A stretch of DNA of 63,901 bases, filler included, from Sphacelaria rigidula (Eukaryota), in the NCBI GenBank assembly GCA_964200075.2. It is 9 parts of 9 records of this genome, joined end to end, with 100 filler letters (N's around TTAATTAATTAA, not from the genome) between each part and the next. Parts side by side here need not be neighbours in the genome. Positions count along the whole stretch, not along the records: positions 1 to 7,012 come from CAXNAA020016957.1; positions 7,113 to 14,124 come from CAXNAA020016958.1; 7 more parts are not named here. The stretch is one strand, 5' to 3'. The notes below the pieces were generated by a model, which made no database searches, was not told where the DNA came from, and saw only the letters and a program-made list of their open reading frames with translations. Position 1 is the stretch's first letter. Each line of letters opens with the position of its first letter. A program made the position numbers and the translations under genes. This document shows positions 1 to 11,987 of the stretch, one piece after another.

Positions 1-389
1 GTGGTATCGCCACTTCCAGAGACAGCCACGGCTTTTACACGGCCTCATGAGTGTCGGGGGAGGGAGGAGGGGGCGCCGTGTTTAAAACGTTTCTCTCGAC
101 AGACCTTTGGAAGAATGAAAAATAAACGTCGAGAACACAGAAAAGAAGCCCCCCCTGAGTTGGTCGGGCCGTGGTGAAAAGAAATAAGTAAAATGCGCCA
201 ACAAAGGGAAGAAGCTCCATTGATACCGAGCGAGAGTCGAAAACAATTCCCAGGTACCCACGAGGTAAATCCCGAATCATTTCAGAAAGGCGACAGGCGC
301 ACTTGCGAGTATACTACGTGGTGAGCTACTTGGTATGTCTCGGCGACCTTCGATAGGCACAGGGACCTCCAGTGAGAACGAACAAAATG

Positions 390-800
390 TTTCCTGGCAT
401 GGCGCGCCTTGGTCCAATCTGTCATGTTTGTCTGTAGCCCCTTCCTCTACGGCCCGGTACCGCCCTAAATCATATTAGGCGATCTGCGTCCATGATGTCG
501 CGTTCACTCCGAAGGTCGAGCAGTGCTCAGGGACACGATGTTGCAAGTGTTTCGCGAGTTGGCGGCCTTCTTCTTCCCTCCGGCCATCTCTCCACGCATG
601 GCGATGTTAGGGAGGCGCTCGTCGTGCATGCGCGCGACGCGGCCGGCATGTGGTAGGATTTGCCTCATCACGGAAACCTCGATGCAATCTGAGCCAGTCC
701 TCTCGAGGACCTCGCGGTATGGCTGATATGGTAGTCAGGGGCGCTACGGGTTCAGGTATGCTCGTTCAGGCACCTCAGCAGGACCCCGCGGTGGTCTGTA
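390..800 (-). mobile_element. Degenerate RTE-clade LINE, C-terminal ORF fragment
   Basis: Minus strand reads YREVLERTGSDCIEVSVMRQILPHAGRVARMHDERLPNIAMRGEMAGGKKK, then after a frameshift FGVNATSWTQIA*YDLGRYRAVEEGA. This matches the RTE post-RT pattern (EVL.R.G..SIE...R.L.WAGHV.RM.D.RLPK....GE). Confidence 0.8.
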
Positions 801-954
801 CGTGCACGTTGTGTATGCGGCGCGTGGGGGTGTGGTTGGGTGATGTTCTGATGTCGTTCATTGGCATTTGCGGTTGTGTTCTGCAGGGTGCGGGTATGTT
901 CGGTAGAGGGTATGATATAAGTTTGCAGAACTTATATCATTGTTGAGTAGGCAA

Positions 955-1150
955 GCCTCACAGACTTCATAGAGCTGTCGGGCGTCGATATGGAATTCTT
1001 ACAGGACTTTCAAAAGCTGTCGGGTACGGTGTGAATGTTGCACCGAGAACCATACTAGCAATCGGGTATATCTACAAGGGTATACACGTACCCCGGGTAA
1101 GGGTTGACATTTCGTACAGGTCGTACAGAACTGTCGGGTACGGGTATGGA
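955..1150. repeat. Degenerate short tandem array built on a CTGTCGGGTACGG-like motif
   Basis: GCTGTCGGGCG, GCTGTCGGGTACGG and ACTGTCGGGTACGGG recur. Confidence 0.5.
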
Positions 1151-1460
1151 AATCTAAAAACCGCTCCAACTTTTTGGTTTTAATGCTACTGTTATTGCTT
1201 CGGCTGTTTTCCGCGTGTTGATTATATGAATCTGGTATCCAATTTCAGGTCCTAATTCCAAGAAGTAAGCACGGGTAAACTGTTCAACCGCCAACAGGAA
1301 CTTTTGACTGGCTCAGCTGGTACTCATTACAACACAAGCGGGGGCGAGAGAGGGGACAGTATCGCCAGTCGGTCACGAATCTCGCCGCGCGATCTGCCCC
1401 GTACATCTTCGTCCCTTTTCTGGCAGTGGTGCCGCCCCTCCGCTCCCATTAACAATATCC

Positions 1461-1643
1461 CAAGGGCAGGCCGAGTAGAGTATGGACTTTTGAGTACTCG
1501 AGTAAAATACCCAAGTATTCACTCTACTCAAATCTTGAGTAGGTCGAGTACGGCCTCAAATACTCTACTCAAAGTTTGACTACTAAAACTTTGACTCTTC
1601 AAAAACACTGAGTATTGAGTATACTCTTATCAACCTGCCCTTG
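1461..1643. mobile_element. MITE with 10-bp terminal inverted repeats and many internal GAGTA/TACTC motifs
   Basis: Termini CAAGGGCAGG...CCTGCCCTTG; flanks CAATATCC / CAAATCCC resemble a degraded TSD. Confidence 0.7.
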
Positions 1644-2075
1644 CAAATCCCTGATCCTACTACAACCCCTGCCTCTGCATCGTGTGAAGATAGGATACAA
1701 CTGCTGAGTAGACGGGAATATATTTTTGTGCGTTTAAGGGACCGGTGTCATGAGGGCGTATAGAATGTGTCGGATTGACCTCACCTGGGCAGGCGTGTTC
1801 GGGTTTTTAGGAGTAACGTCGTCTGTGCTAATTGCATCGAGTTATTTGTACATCCGGTTGTTCAGTGGTCCACTATAGAAATTTGATCTAAATCGTGGAA
1901 CTTGTGCGACCATTTGATGCTCTATTAGGAACCTTATCCTTCTATCCAGCACATCAGCTCTACTCTGAGAGTCCACGTCTGACCCTGACGGCCAGCAAAG
2001 CGAGCATCGCCGCGTGGGCGTGGCGCCCGCTTTGTCGATGCCGGTGCTTCATCGGGTGCATCGATGGTTGAGCAT

Positions 2076-2570
2076 GGGGGTGGGGGGGGTTAGTCATGAT
2101 CTTGCATGCCGTGGTCATAAGACCATTGACCTCGCATCCGTACAAAGCGAGGATGGAGCACGCCGGGTTTTCGCCGGACCAGGCTTGTACTCAAACCACC
2201 AAGCGCGAAGCGCCGTGATGGCGAGTCGCATGGGAGGTGACCTGCATCGTGATACGACTGTCCGGGCCGAAGCATACCAATCATCTTGCATACGGATGGC
2301 GACCTCAAATGAGTTGCTTCATTTTCTGGTAATCCCAGTCCCGGAGACAACCCCGGGTTACACTGTCTTATGGGTGTCTCACCATATAAACACTGCTTCG
2401 TGCGATCATACCCTTTGCGCGGAATCGAGGTTCTTCACGCCGCACGACACGATTTGATTCGACCATCATCATGTTTACTGCAAAAAACGCAACCGGAACA
2501 ATGCGATGACCTGGTTGCCTAGCTGATGCAGTGAGTGGCGTGTTCTACAGCGTCGTTACCAATCGACACC
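2076..2570 (-). mobile_element. Interspersed repeat family A (poly(C)-ended, ~0.5 kb, unclassified). Other copies at 1-55, 9846-9938, 14225-14577, 14971-15022, 37545-38028, 40665-41220, 42320-42568, 42669-42740
   Basis: Nine homologous copies on five independent contigs. Conserved end approximately GGGATGCGAGGTCAATGGTCTTATGACTACGGCATGCAAGATCATGAGTAC followed by a C-run. Several contigs break inside it. Confidence 0.9.
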
Positions 2571-4115
2571 TGCCCTCAGCGGGGTGAGCAACAGAGGTCA
2601 TGGCGATGGTGCCCCGACGCAAAATGCCATGGGCGCGCAGAGAAACTCTGATCTAGCCCTGTCCGAGCGAGTAACAGAGATCCCGGTGGACTCCACTCCT
2701 TCATCAGGGACCGTGGAGCGGGGGATCCCCAGGGGCTCTGCAACCACCACTGCTTCAATATACCCGAACAACATACACCTTTTACCTGTTGGGCGGGCCT
2801 GAAGACGGATTTAATCCGTCACATGGCCATATCTCGCTTACGCATCGAATTGGGCCGTGATCCGCAGACGTTGTTAATTGTCTAATCAAAGGGGAAATGG
2901 CCATGTACTCAACAACCCGGTCAGATGGTGCCCGAAGCAAGTTAACATTTGCGTATCTCGTTCTCGATGGCTGCGTCACCGCGGACAAAACTGTCATGCA
3001 TATGAGGGTCTATGGGCATGAATTACAGTTCAGCAATGAGCGGTGAGGGCTATGACAGGGGTTGCGTAAATGGCATGGCTACGGCTGCTACTTTGTGCGT
3101 CATTCTACTAACGCAAGAAGACGGCAAGATGGTGCAGACTCCGTCTTCTGCAAGCGGGAGGTGGGAGCTGCGGCTTGGGGTGCTCGTGCATTTCCACAAG
3201 AGCACAGGGGCTGACTGGTTTTAGGACACGCAAAGAGGAAGCACACACGATATCTGACAGTACGTGGTCGTGACCGTACTCGAGATCCCACGCGCGCTTC
3301 GGCCCAGCTGAGATCGCCAATTTTTGGAACTCCCCACAAGGCGGTAACTTTGGGCGATGCGGGTCCAAGAACGCTGACACCCTACCCTATTCGTTGATGG
3401 TGACCCCTCACGTTAACGACCCGGTGATAAAATGTTCCACCCCCTTCTCAAAAATGCTCAAGAGGGGTATCTGACATTCTGCCCGGTAGTGTACGAACGA
3501 CTATGTCCCTGGGGACGGGGGAGGTATCAGTAACCGCTATGTCCTATTCATGTCACTCACGAACCCCCGCGCTTCACACTCCGGGATGGAATCATTTCAT
3601 ATTCCTTCAACTACGCTAAAGAGGCGGTTATCTACCGTTTTGGCCCCCTAACGTACTAATGGCAATGCCTATCAGAACCGGAATGGTATCACTAGCGTGC
3701 TTATATCTTACTCAATTTATTTATGAAACGCTCATGGGGGTCATCTCTCAACATTCTGACCCGAACCGTATGAAGAGAAGTGCCCCTTGGCGTGGCAATT
3801 GTATCACTACAAATTATGTTCCCTACTTCATTTTTTATGATGAACGTTCACCACTACTACCCCGGGGGATGGAATCGTTTGGTCTCCTCTTCTTTTTTTT
3901 TGTCGCACTTTGAACCCCTCCCCTTTCTCGGGATGAGTCCGTGGTCTCAAGGGATCAACCCATCTCTCCCCCCGTACACGCCTTGCACTTTGGTCGCGCC
4001 TGGTTAGCACTCCCGCACCGCGTCAACTCATGTCAAACAAGCTCAGTAGACTACTTTTGTTTACTCACGTTCTCGCGCTTTCCACGGTGGAAATCAGACA
4101 TGACGAAGAAAAAAC

Positions 4116-4293
4116 CAGGGGACGTTTTGGCCGAAACGTAACGTGAGCGTTTTTTTTTTTTCACGTGATGAACGTAACGTGATCGAAACGCTACAAATTA
4201 TTCAACGTGACAGACGTAACGTAACGTGAACGTTGATTCTTTTTTACGTGATGAAGGTCACGTAAACGTGAACGAGAAACGTGTAGACTCCTG
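4116..4293. mobile_element. hAT-type MITE (ACGT-rich interior) with a perfect 8-bp TSD
   Basis: GAAAAAAC at both 4108-4115 and 4294-4301; termini CAGG...CCTG; many internal AACGTA/ACGTG motifs. Confidence 0.85.
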
Positions 4294-4301
4294 GAAAAAA
4301 C

Positions 4302-4378
4302 CTGACGCATCGGGAATCGAACCCTCGTTGTCTCCACCCTAATGACGACAGTCCGACCATAACACCACCGAGGATTGG
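4302..4378 (-). mobile_element. tRNA-derived SINE head (Pol III A and B boxes); body interrupted by the 4116-4293 MITE
   Basis: Minus strand reads TGGTGTTATGG (A-box-like) ... GGTTCGATTCC (B box); no clean cloverleaf found. Confidence 0.65.
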
Positions 4379-6264
4379 CAACAAGAAGTAAATCTGCACG
4401 TGTACTGACCGGGTGTTACCTACTGTTTCTTGGTCTGTAACTTCCGAATGGCATACCCCGGGGGACGGGAGAGGTGTCATTAAAATGCCTACTGCCGATG
4501 AGAATGTGATCGCGTAGATTGATGACCAGATTCCGCAACATGCTCCCTAATGTGGGTCGAATATGTTTGAGACTCGTCGGTCGTAGCTGCTGGAACTTTG
4601 CCCTGCCGTTTGCACCGGCTGGTGCGACCCAACTCTCACAAAAGTTAGGTCTACCACCACCAGGGTAGGAAATTTTATCACGTATCTGCAATAATGTCGA
4701 CTTTGACATGTCGCGTGTACGAATTGACCATAATCCAATCCTTTTTTTTTTTTTCAAAATTCCTATATCGGATTCGGAATCTCCACCAAATTTCCAGTGG
4801 GATTACATTTTTTTTTTTTAATTAGCATCCTGGTGTACGGCACTGGTTTATGTGATCGTGGATCTGCCCTTGGTCATTTGTCGCTGTTTATAGGCATCAT
4901 CTGCCTCGGCTGCAAGTCGAACATCCGCCATGCCGCGACGTCACCAGCGCAGGAGCGTGGGGGCATAAAAGAGTGCGACCGAGGAAACTTAGCGATCGAT
5001 CGCGTTTGCAATACATGTCAAAACGTTCACAGACTCGCGGTTCTGACGATTAATGGCAAAAAATGAGCACGAATACATGGTCATGTCTGCGAGATATTTG
5101 TGTCATACACTGGCTCAACGCAGTGTCGTATGACAAAATACTCCCCGTGTTATATATTAGGGCTAAAATCTGGTCTAGGGTGTGGGGTGGAAGTTCCATC
5201 GTGAGCAACAATCCAATAGATCACACACAAGGTAATGGTCGTTTGGTTAGATGTGTGCGGGGACGTATGAAGTAGATGCCGGTTTTGGCAACCAAGGGAT
5301 TCAACAGACGCACTCCCGAAGCCCTCGACCTGCAAACGCGGACGGTGTTGTGCCGGCAGCGTGAAAAAAATGACTTCATTTACGTATGTAAGCACATGTA
5401 TGACCAGTCGATAGAATGGAGGTCGAGAGTTAGCGCTTGTGGTACTGTACGAGCCGAGCGCTGAGCTTTCTGCGCTATTTCACAAACACATACGCAATGT
5501 CACTCGGTTACCGTCTGGTTGGTTGATTTTTGTCCGCCTGGTTGATTGATTTTCGTCCGCCTGGGTGATTGATTATTGTCGCAAATCAACTGAACCCCCT
5601 AGGAATCCAACCGCGGTCACAAAATGGGCATATCTAAAACTGGCTAAAGGCAGCCCGAAAAAGTCTGAGACCACAGAGTCAGAATTTCCAGGTAGCGTGC
5701 AAGCATTGTCTCCCCGTCCTTTATTGAGAGTTTGGCTCAATGAGTTCGAGTTGGTGTTATCTTGCATGATCTTACGAGGCAGTACGAGTATCTATACACG
5801 CAGATATGCGCTGATCATATTTTGCATTGCTCAACGGCAAGCCCCCCCCTCCGCGCGCTCACGCATCTGTTTCTGTTTTACAGCACGGTATCCACAGTTC
5901 GAAGGAGGGGCGTACGGGCGTACTTGCGCAGAGAAAACATTTACTGGGATTAGTATTATTTACTGAGGCAATAACCTCAAGTAGAATGTAGACTTAGACG
6001 AGGTTTTAGTTGGACCAAGACCGCTGTACAGGGCCACTGCAAATATATCATTCCTCGACAAGATTCGGCCATCTATTTTGGGCTCGAGCAGTTTACGTAC
6101 AGTGCACCTCTACAGAGGATGCAGAGACAGGAGCTTGAGCATTTACCCACTTTTTTATACCGAGTCTCCCTCCGAAAACGATAGTTTTGTCTCCAACATT
6201 ACCTCGGCATAGCTGATAATGTGGTGTCTGTTGCTTCCTGTTTCTGTTCGCTTGTCTGACGCAG

Positions 6265-6370
6265 CCATCGCGTGGTTCGAACTAGTGTTCGGCGCGCTGT
6301 TCCTCTTGGTCGGGGCGGGAATGCTGGTGAAGTTCTGGCTTGTTCGCAACGTGTTTGAGATCAAAGCCAG
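6265..6370 (+). CDS. Candidate internal exon encoding a transmembrane helix (gene unidentified)
   Basis: Pyrimidine tract and CAG acceptor, AG|GTGCGT donor; reads IAWFELVFGALFLLVGAGMLVKFWLVRNVFEIKA with GC-rich third positions. Confidence 0.45.
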
Positions 6371-7012
6371 GTGCGTAATTTTACCCGCGAGCATTTTTCT
6401 CGTACGGCATGGCACGGTATTGATATCTTCATTTCACACGAGTAACAACACATTGTTCGTTCTGCAACTAGACCATATCGTTACGTGTGTTATTATGTCC
6501 ACTTTATCAGCACATTTGGATCTGTTGAGATGCTGGGGTACGCATGGCGCACACGTTTGACTACGGCAGGATAGTGTGAAATACGTACACTGGTAGTACG
6601 TAGACATACTAGCCAAGGTAAGAATGAGTAAATCGCTGTTCATTCAAGGTGTATAATGAAACTAAGATTGCTGGTCACGTAACCTGTCAGCCCGAAGTAT
6701 TCGAACATCGTCAGTCCATCTTCCTAGGGTGTACGATAGATCATGCGCTTTGTCGAGTCCCCCCCTCCCCTCCCCCGCCACCTTTCCTGCGTCGACGTGC
6801 AGTTTTGGTTATCAGATACACTTGTCCACACTGGTGACCAGAAAGTAGTATTCCCTATTCGCCTTCTCAATACTCTGAGCTTCTAAAGTCTTCTCTTTCT
6901 TTTTTATCATTACATCTGGTGTATTGTGGCTGCACCCCCCCCCCCCCCCCCCCCCCTCCCCCCCCCCCCCTCCCTTCCTCCCACCTCTCACCCTCCTGAC
7001 CCCCGAAACGCC

Positions 7013-7112
7013 NNNNNNNNNNNNNNNNNNNNNNNNNNNNNNNNNNNNNNNNNNNNTTAATTAATTAANNNNNNNNNNNNNNNNNNNNNNNNNNNNNNNN
7101 NNNNNNNNNNNN
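7013..7112. other. Artificial contig linker (first of eight; others at 14125-14224, 21236-21335, 28347-28446, 35458-35557, 42569-42668, 49680-49779, 56791-56890)
   Basis: 44 N + TTAATTAATTAA (stops in all six frames) + 44 N, identical each time and spaced 7111-7112 bp apart. Confidence 0.98.
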
Positions 7113-7126
7113 CGGGGTGGGGGGGG

Positions 7127-7166
<40 letters not shown>

Positions 7167-7770
7167 TGTAACACGCATATAATTGCGTTCATCCTCCATA
7201 TCGTACTCGTTGTAAGTACAGGAGCAACTCGCTATAGCGGATAAGGCTCATCTTCCCGCTGACAGTGGGTACACAAGTACTAGCTTCTCACCCAGTATGG
7301 GGTAAACGGAGCGTGTAGATACGCGGCGTGGATTTGGAATGGAGGGGCCCTTCCACAGGACAGAGACCAAAACAAGTGCATTTGTAACTGAGGGTGCGAT
7401 GGTGCCGCACTCAGAATGAAGAACATGACCATAGCTCAGCAGGAATACTGGAGGACGACAGCTCCGAGGTGATCAGGGCCGGGCCATTGATGTTCCCAGG
7501 GTTTACAGACTCTGGTCATGGTTCGATGGGTCGGATCATAGAAAGGTGTTGGTCACGTCACCCCCCAGCAACAGCGGTTCTACCCGGTTACTCCATTGAA
7601 GCTAGAAGACGATGGATTCTACCTCACGGGACGACGGTCCTATTGGAAAGGTGGATCCACCGGGACTACGAACCCTAGCAAGGTCCAGCCTGCAGAAGCC
7701 CCACAGAATCCGGGTGGTGCGAAATAAATAAGGCCGTGGAAGCAACTTGCGGTTCAACTACTCGCGAACA
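7167..7770 (+). mobile_element. Possible 3' LTR
   Basis: TGT...ACA boundaries, preceded directly by a purine run, with AATAAA near the 3' end. No second copy in the window. Confidence 0.3.
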
Positions 7771-8129
7771 ATACTAATTGGGCGTGAACTCTGATCCAAG
7801 AACTCTGCGAGAGGGAGACACAAGCAGTCCCACGGCATCGAAACAAGAAAAAAAAAACGATGGGAAAGAAACAAAAGAGGAGAGCGGGGGAGAGCGGAAG
7901 AGAAAAAAAAAAACGGAACCAAGCTACGGCGCAAAACACGTACAAGAACAAGGCTAGGAAAAAGTGGCGAGGTTGCAAGCCAAGGAAAGAAGTCAACAGC
8001 CGATAAGATAATACAGGCGCAATCCATTTCGTGTCACCCCCGCCCCTCTTTTTCATCCTTTGCCGGGTACAAAGCGGGTCACTTTGTCGACCATTGCTAT
8101 CTGGATTTTTCGCGAGCTGTTTCTGCCGT

Positions 8130-9330
8130 GTCAACGGCCACTGCTCTCCTGTTGGCGGCTCCAGTAGCCTCTTGCTTGTAGCGGAGGTTCGATTGACGTC
8201 GACCTTCGCGTCACCACCAGGGTTTCAAAAAGTGCCTGCGGCGCTGCGGCAGCGCAGATATTTAGGAAAATCTGCGCGCAGCGCAGAGTCCCGACGGGCT
8301 CATCTGAGGCTTCCGCAGAAATTTTTACGCGCCGCAGGCATTTCGCCGGAGGCGAAACAAAAACGTTGCGGCTTCCTTGTCGCCAAAGGCGACGACAAAA
8401 ATTGGGGGTCTTTTTTTGTTCAGTATCCGGAGAAAGTTTTGTCCATTGACGCACAATATCCCGTGCCTTGTTCAAATTATCCTCCAAATGTTCTTTTTTT
8501 CGTGCGTCAAACCGCTGGGAATAGGTTTCACCACGTACAATACCCATTTTTGACTGATTTTGGAAGGTATTTTGAGAGGAAAAGGTCAAATTTCCCCCTC
8601 TGCGGGGCCCCTCCGGAGAGGCCCCTACGCGGGCGGCGCCCTCCGGCGGCTCTCCGGGGGTCTTTCCGGGGGGCTCCTGCGGGGAGCCGCATATCGCCTT
8701 CGGCTCTGGTCTGCGCTACCGCAGACCGCGCCTCCGAACTTTTCGAAATCCTGGTTACCACGCCTCCTCGATTTCCTCCGTCCCCTTCTCGATCCCCTGG
8801 TGCCATTTGCCCGCATTATTTGCACAAGTGACCCAGCGTAGTGCCTTCGATATTCATGCCGTAGACGGGTCACATCTCTCGTCCTCCTTTGCGTCGGACA
8901 GCATCTCTAGCACACCCAGGTACTCCTGGATGCTGCCTCCCTAGTGTCTGAAAGGCCGGCCAGCCTCCTTGAGCCCTTGTATGATGACCCGTCCGCACAT
9001 GATGAGCCTCGGAAGGCGTGCTTCGTTCTGCCGGACGAGGACCCCAGCAAACCAAATTAACGCTTGCGGATGGTCCCCGTCATACGCTCATAGTCGGTCA
9101 TCTCGAGGACAGCTTTTTTGTAAGCCTCCTCTCCGGTCTGATCCTTCCTGCGAGATCGAAATTCTTCCAGTAAACGCTTGCGGTGAGCAGTGCGTACGCA
9201 ATCGAAGTTCTTTCGGCGCAGCGTCCACGAAGTTAATCCGCACAGCATAGCTTCCAACAGATCCCTTCTTCAGCAGCCGGATGTTCAGAGAGAGAGCTGG
9301 ATATTGGGCCGATCGCAACGTTAGGCGCTA
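8130..9330 (-). mobile_element. Degenerate RTE-clade LINE remnant, interrupted by a MITE
   Basis: Minus frames give LSLNIRLLK / LEAMLCGLTSWTLRRKNFDCVRTAHRKRLL / TIRKR / WFAGVLVRQNEARLPRLIMCG..GRP, the RTE C-terminal pattern. Confidence 0.8.
8218..8753. mobile_element. hAT-type non-autonomous element (536 bp)
   Basis: TIRs CAGGGTTTCAAAAAGT / ACTTTTCGAAATCCTG (14 of 16 match); 8-bp TSD GTCACCAC / GTTACCAC (7 of 8). Confidence 0.9.
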
Positions 9331-9938
9331 CACTTTCGGAGGCGTGCCCACGTAGTACACCGACGATTGACACATGAATAGCGGAGCAGAACCCACACCC
9401 TCAAAAACCCACGGCAAGGGATGAGAGCAAGCACTTGAGTACTGCGTACCTAATTTGAAATATATATTTGTGCGTCTGTGGGCTGAACAATTAGCTACTA
9501 GTGTAGTCTCAGGACTACTTGAGTCAGGTGTGGTACGGTGTGCCAAGAATTACTCCAATATATGGTGGGGTTCAGAACCCCCAATATTCAGAACCTACTT
9601 TGCTCCACTGCGGACGTCTTCCTGGAGTCATCACAATCGGCACCGCCAAAACCCCACTCGAACCCTCCCCGATCGTGCTCTCACACTAAGCTAAAAAAGT
9701 CACATATCCCCGCCTACGAAGCTGAGAGGGTCCCGCCATAACAGACACCACCATACCCCAATCGCCTGTAGTGTTTTTTTCGCGACAATATCGAACCCTC
9801 CCCCCTGCCCCCTCGCTCCTCTTGCCGATTGCCACCCTCTTCCGGAGAAAACCCTGCGTGCTGGGTCCCGGCTTTGTAGATGCGAAGTCAATGGTCTTGT
9901 GACTACGGCATACAAGATCATGGGTGCACCCCCCCCCC

Positions 9939-10003
9939 ATGGTTAATGGTAGAAAAACTAAGGCAAGTAACAGACAAGTACGCCCCCCCCCCTCCTGCCC
10001 CCC
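9939..10003 (+). mobile_element. Short repeat family B (shares its 3' end with family A). Other copies at 17897-17987(-), 28273-28346(+), 29884-29989(+), 46219-46325(-)
   Basis: Consensus about GCTCCGTCTCGAAAGGGATGCGTGGTCAATGGTCAAAYGACTAAGGCAAGCAAC..GAGTACG followed by a C-run; copies are flanked by C-tracts. Confidence 0.85.
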
Positions 10004-10499
10004 TCTCGACGAGTCCGTGGTATCAAGGTATCAACTCACCTCAAACCCAGTGAGTAAGGTCCGATGATGAACACTTCAGAAAGATTGATTATAGAATCAT
10101 TAGAAAGCTTCCGGGTTTACTTTCACTCCTCCTGCGGAAAAATATGGTGATAAAATCCATCATCATGTGGGTGATATACATCGTGACATGTCGTTATTAC
10201 AGAGCGTAGTGTTCCGTCTTACTGTAATCTGTACCGCAAGAAGGACGACAACATGAGACCACACAAGATATCCATCGTCTCAGGAATACCTTTTGTTCTC
10301 GACTTCGGGCGCAGCCACGGCCCACCGACTCACACACCGAACTGGTTTGGACAATGGTGTACATGGTACTTTTTGGGCACACTTTTTATTTATTCATTTT
10401 TGTCACGACTTAGTCTGCTATGTCGTTCTGTTCGACCCCTCTTTCCTTCTTTTTTTCCTGTTCCTTTTATTTCCCTTGGAGCATCTTTGAATTTCGTTT

Positions 10500-10575
10500 T
10501 TCTTGGGTACGTCCATCATTAGACCACGGCTGGACCCCTGGGGGGTCAGTTCAAGTGCGACAATCAACCAATCGA
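10500..10575 (+). mobile_element. Retroposon 3' end with an (AATC)-like tail; second copy at 40900-40985(-) is nested in a family A copy
   Basis: Shared GTACGTC..ACCACGGCTGGACCCCTGGGGGGTCAGTT.AAGTGCGAC followed by an AATC-type tail. Confidence 0.7.
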
Positions 10576-10899
10576 ACACTCAGTACGTAGCGACTGACCA
10601 AAAGCTGACAAAATGCATCCATAGTACGATCGCTAGGTATCGCCAGCGCTGACCACGTGATACACTAGGCAATACCGATGCTGCCTGCCGTCAAAACTGC
10701 GCACACCTCAGCCTGCAACTTCATTGGTTCGTCCGAAATCCGTGGAGAAAATGAAAGGGTGCCCCTCACGGAATAGCGCTCACGTTCTAGCCAATACACC
10801 CACTGTGACCCTAGGGGGACACTCACGCACATAGAACTATGTACAGCCAGATCATACCCGTGTTGCAGTTCCTTTATTGCATAATCCGGGCAGTGTTCA

Positions 10900-11790
10900 T
10901 GTCGTGACGGGCAGTTGACTCCTGTATTACCGCGCCCCCGAAACACACACAACTTTGATGAAAACTCAACTTTTCGAGAAGTAGCACCCGGCACTGCAGA
11001 GAGATATCTGTCCATCACAAATGATGTTGACCGAATTTTGTTCAACCAGATGAGCGTTAGCGGAGTGATCGTCAAAGCACGGACTAATCAAACTTCACAA
11101 CCCCACAAAAACTCATCCACGCGGGGTATCTCATCACCCACACCGCGAGAAAAAGTGCGGCGTAATTGACAAGAGGCTGCCCAACAAGACGGGGTATTTT
11201 CAAGAGCTGGGGCGAATAGCGGTAGGGGCCCTTTGTCACCGTCGATATCTTGTAGAGTTCTCCTCACCAATGTTTTCCTCATCCTTCGGCTGATTTTTTT
11301 GCGCCCGGTCAAGTCTCATCAAAACGTTTTCGACTCGAACGAGTTCGCGCGGCGGCAATGATTCAGTTCGTTTCGCTCTGTTTGAGTCCTGGAGAACTTG
11401 CACGCTTTTGATCGAAACGGCTGAGCAAATTTCTTGAAGCGATACTAGCATGCAGGCGAAATGTGGAAAAGAAGCGGGCAACCCGTCATACAGACTCTCT
11501 CTGGATACAGAACAATATGAAGAAGATTTGAACCGCGTGCAGTTTTGTACTGCTTCTACTGTCCATGAGCGTGTTTGCAATTCGGTCGCCCAACCCAACA
11601 TACAACGCCGTCGGTCGACTCCACCACAAAATTAGACGCCCGAGTTTTCGCCGACAGAAGAAAGACACATCATGCCAACAGGGCGGTGGTGTCGGATCCC
11701 CATCACTGCAGTGTATATCCCTGTGCTCAGTTCGTGATCTATACTGCAGGGTTGCGTTGGTAGCTGCAAAGGAACAATGTTGGTGGTATG
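10900..11790 (-). pseudogene. Highly decayed hAT transposase relic
   Basis: Motif remnants in the expected order across frameshifts: LCSYQRNPAV (C..H.LNLAV), AVQNCTRFKSSSY (TRWNS), MDRYLSAVPGATSRKVE (hATC dimerisation ..YL..PATS...ER). Confidence 0.5.
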
Positions 11791-11987
11791 CGGCGTGATT
11801 GTCTGCAACGTTGAAGTCATGTGCCCCTTCTTCGTTTCCGCCGCTCGTTTCGCTCGAAAAGGCTAAGCTTTTCTGTTCTTGACCCTGCCCGTCGCGCGCA
11901 AATAGCTATAAAATGGACTCGAGCCATCTGAGAAAATAAATGCCGTGGACGCATCTAGTACGAGCAAATTACGACCAATTCGATTCG

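Noticed and set aside
4302-4378. Functional tRNA genes here and at 16190-16278, 35300-35375, 48715-48802
   Set aside because: A and B boxes are present, but I could not build convincing acceptor and anticodon stems, and the heads continue into repeat bodies, which fits SINEs.
7057-7068. Regularly spaced TTAATTAATTAA palindromes as a biological array or CRISPR-like repeat
   Set aside because: They are embedded in N padding with fixed geometry, so they are an assembly linker.
8031-8831. 266-aa ORF
   Set aside because: It spans a non-coding GC-rich MITE and the antisense of a LINE, with no protein-like features.
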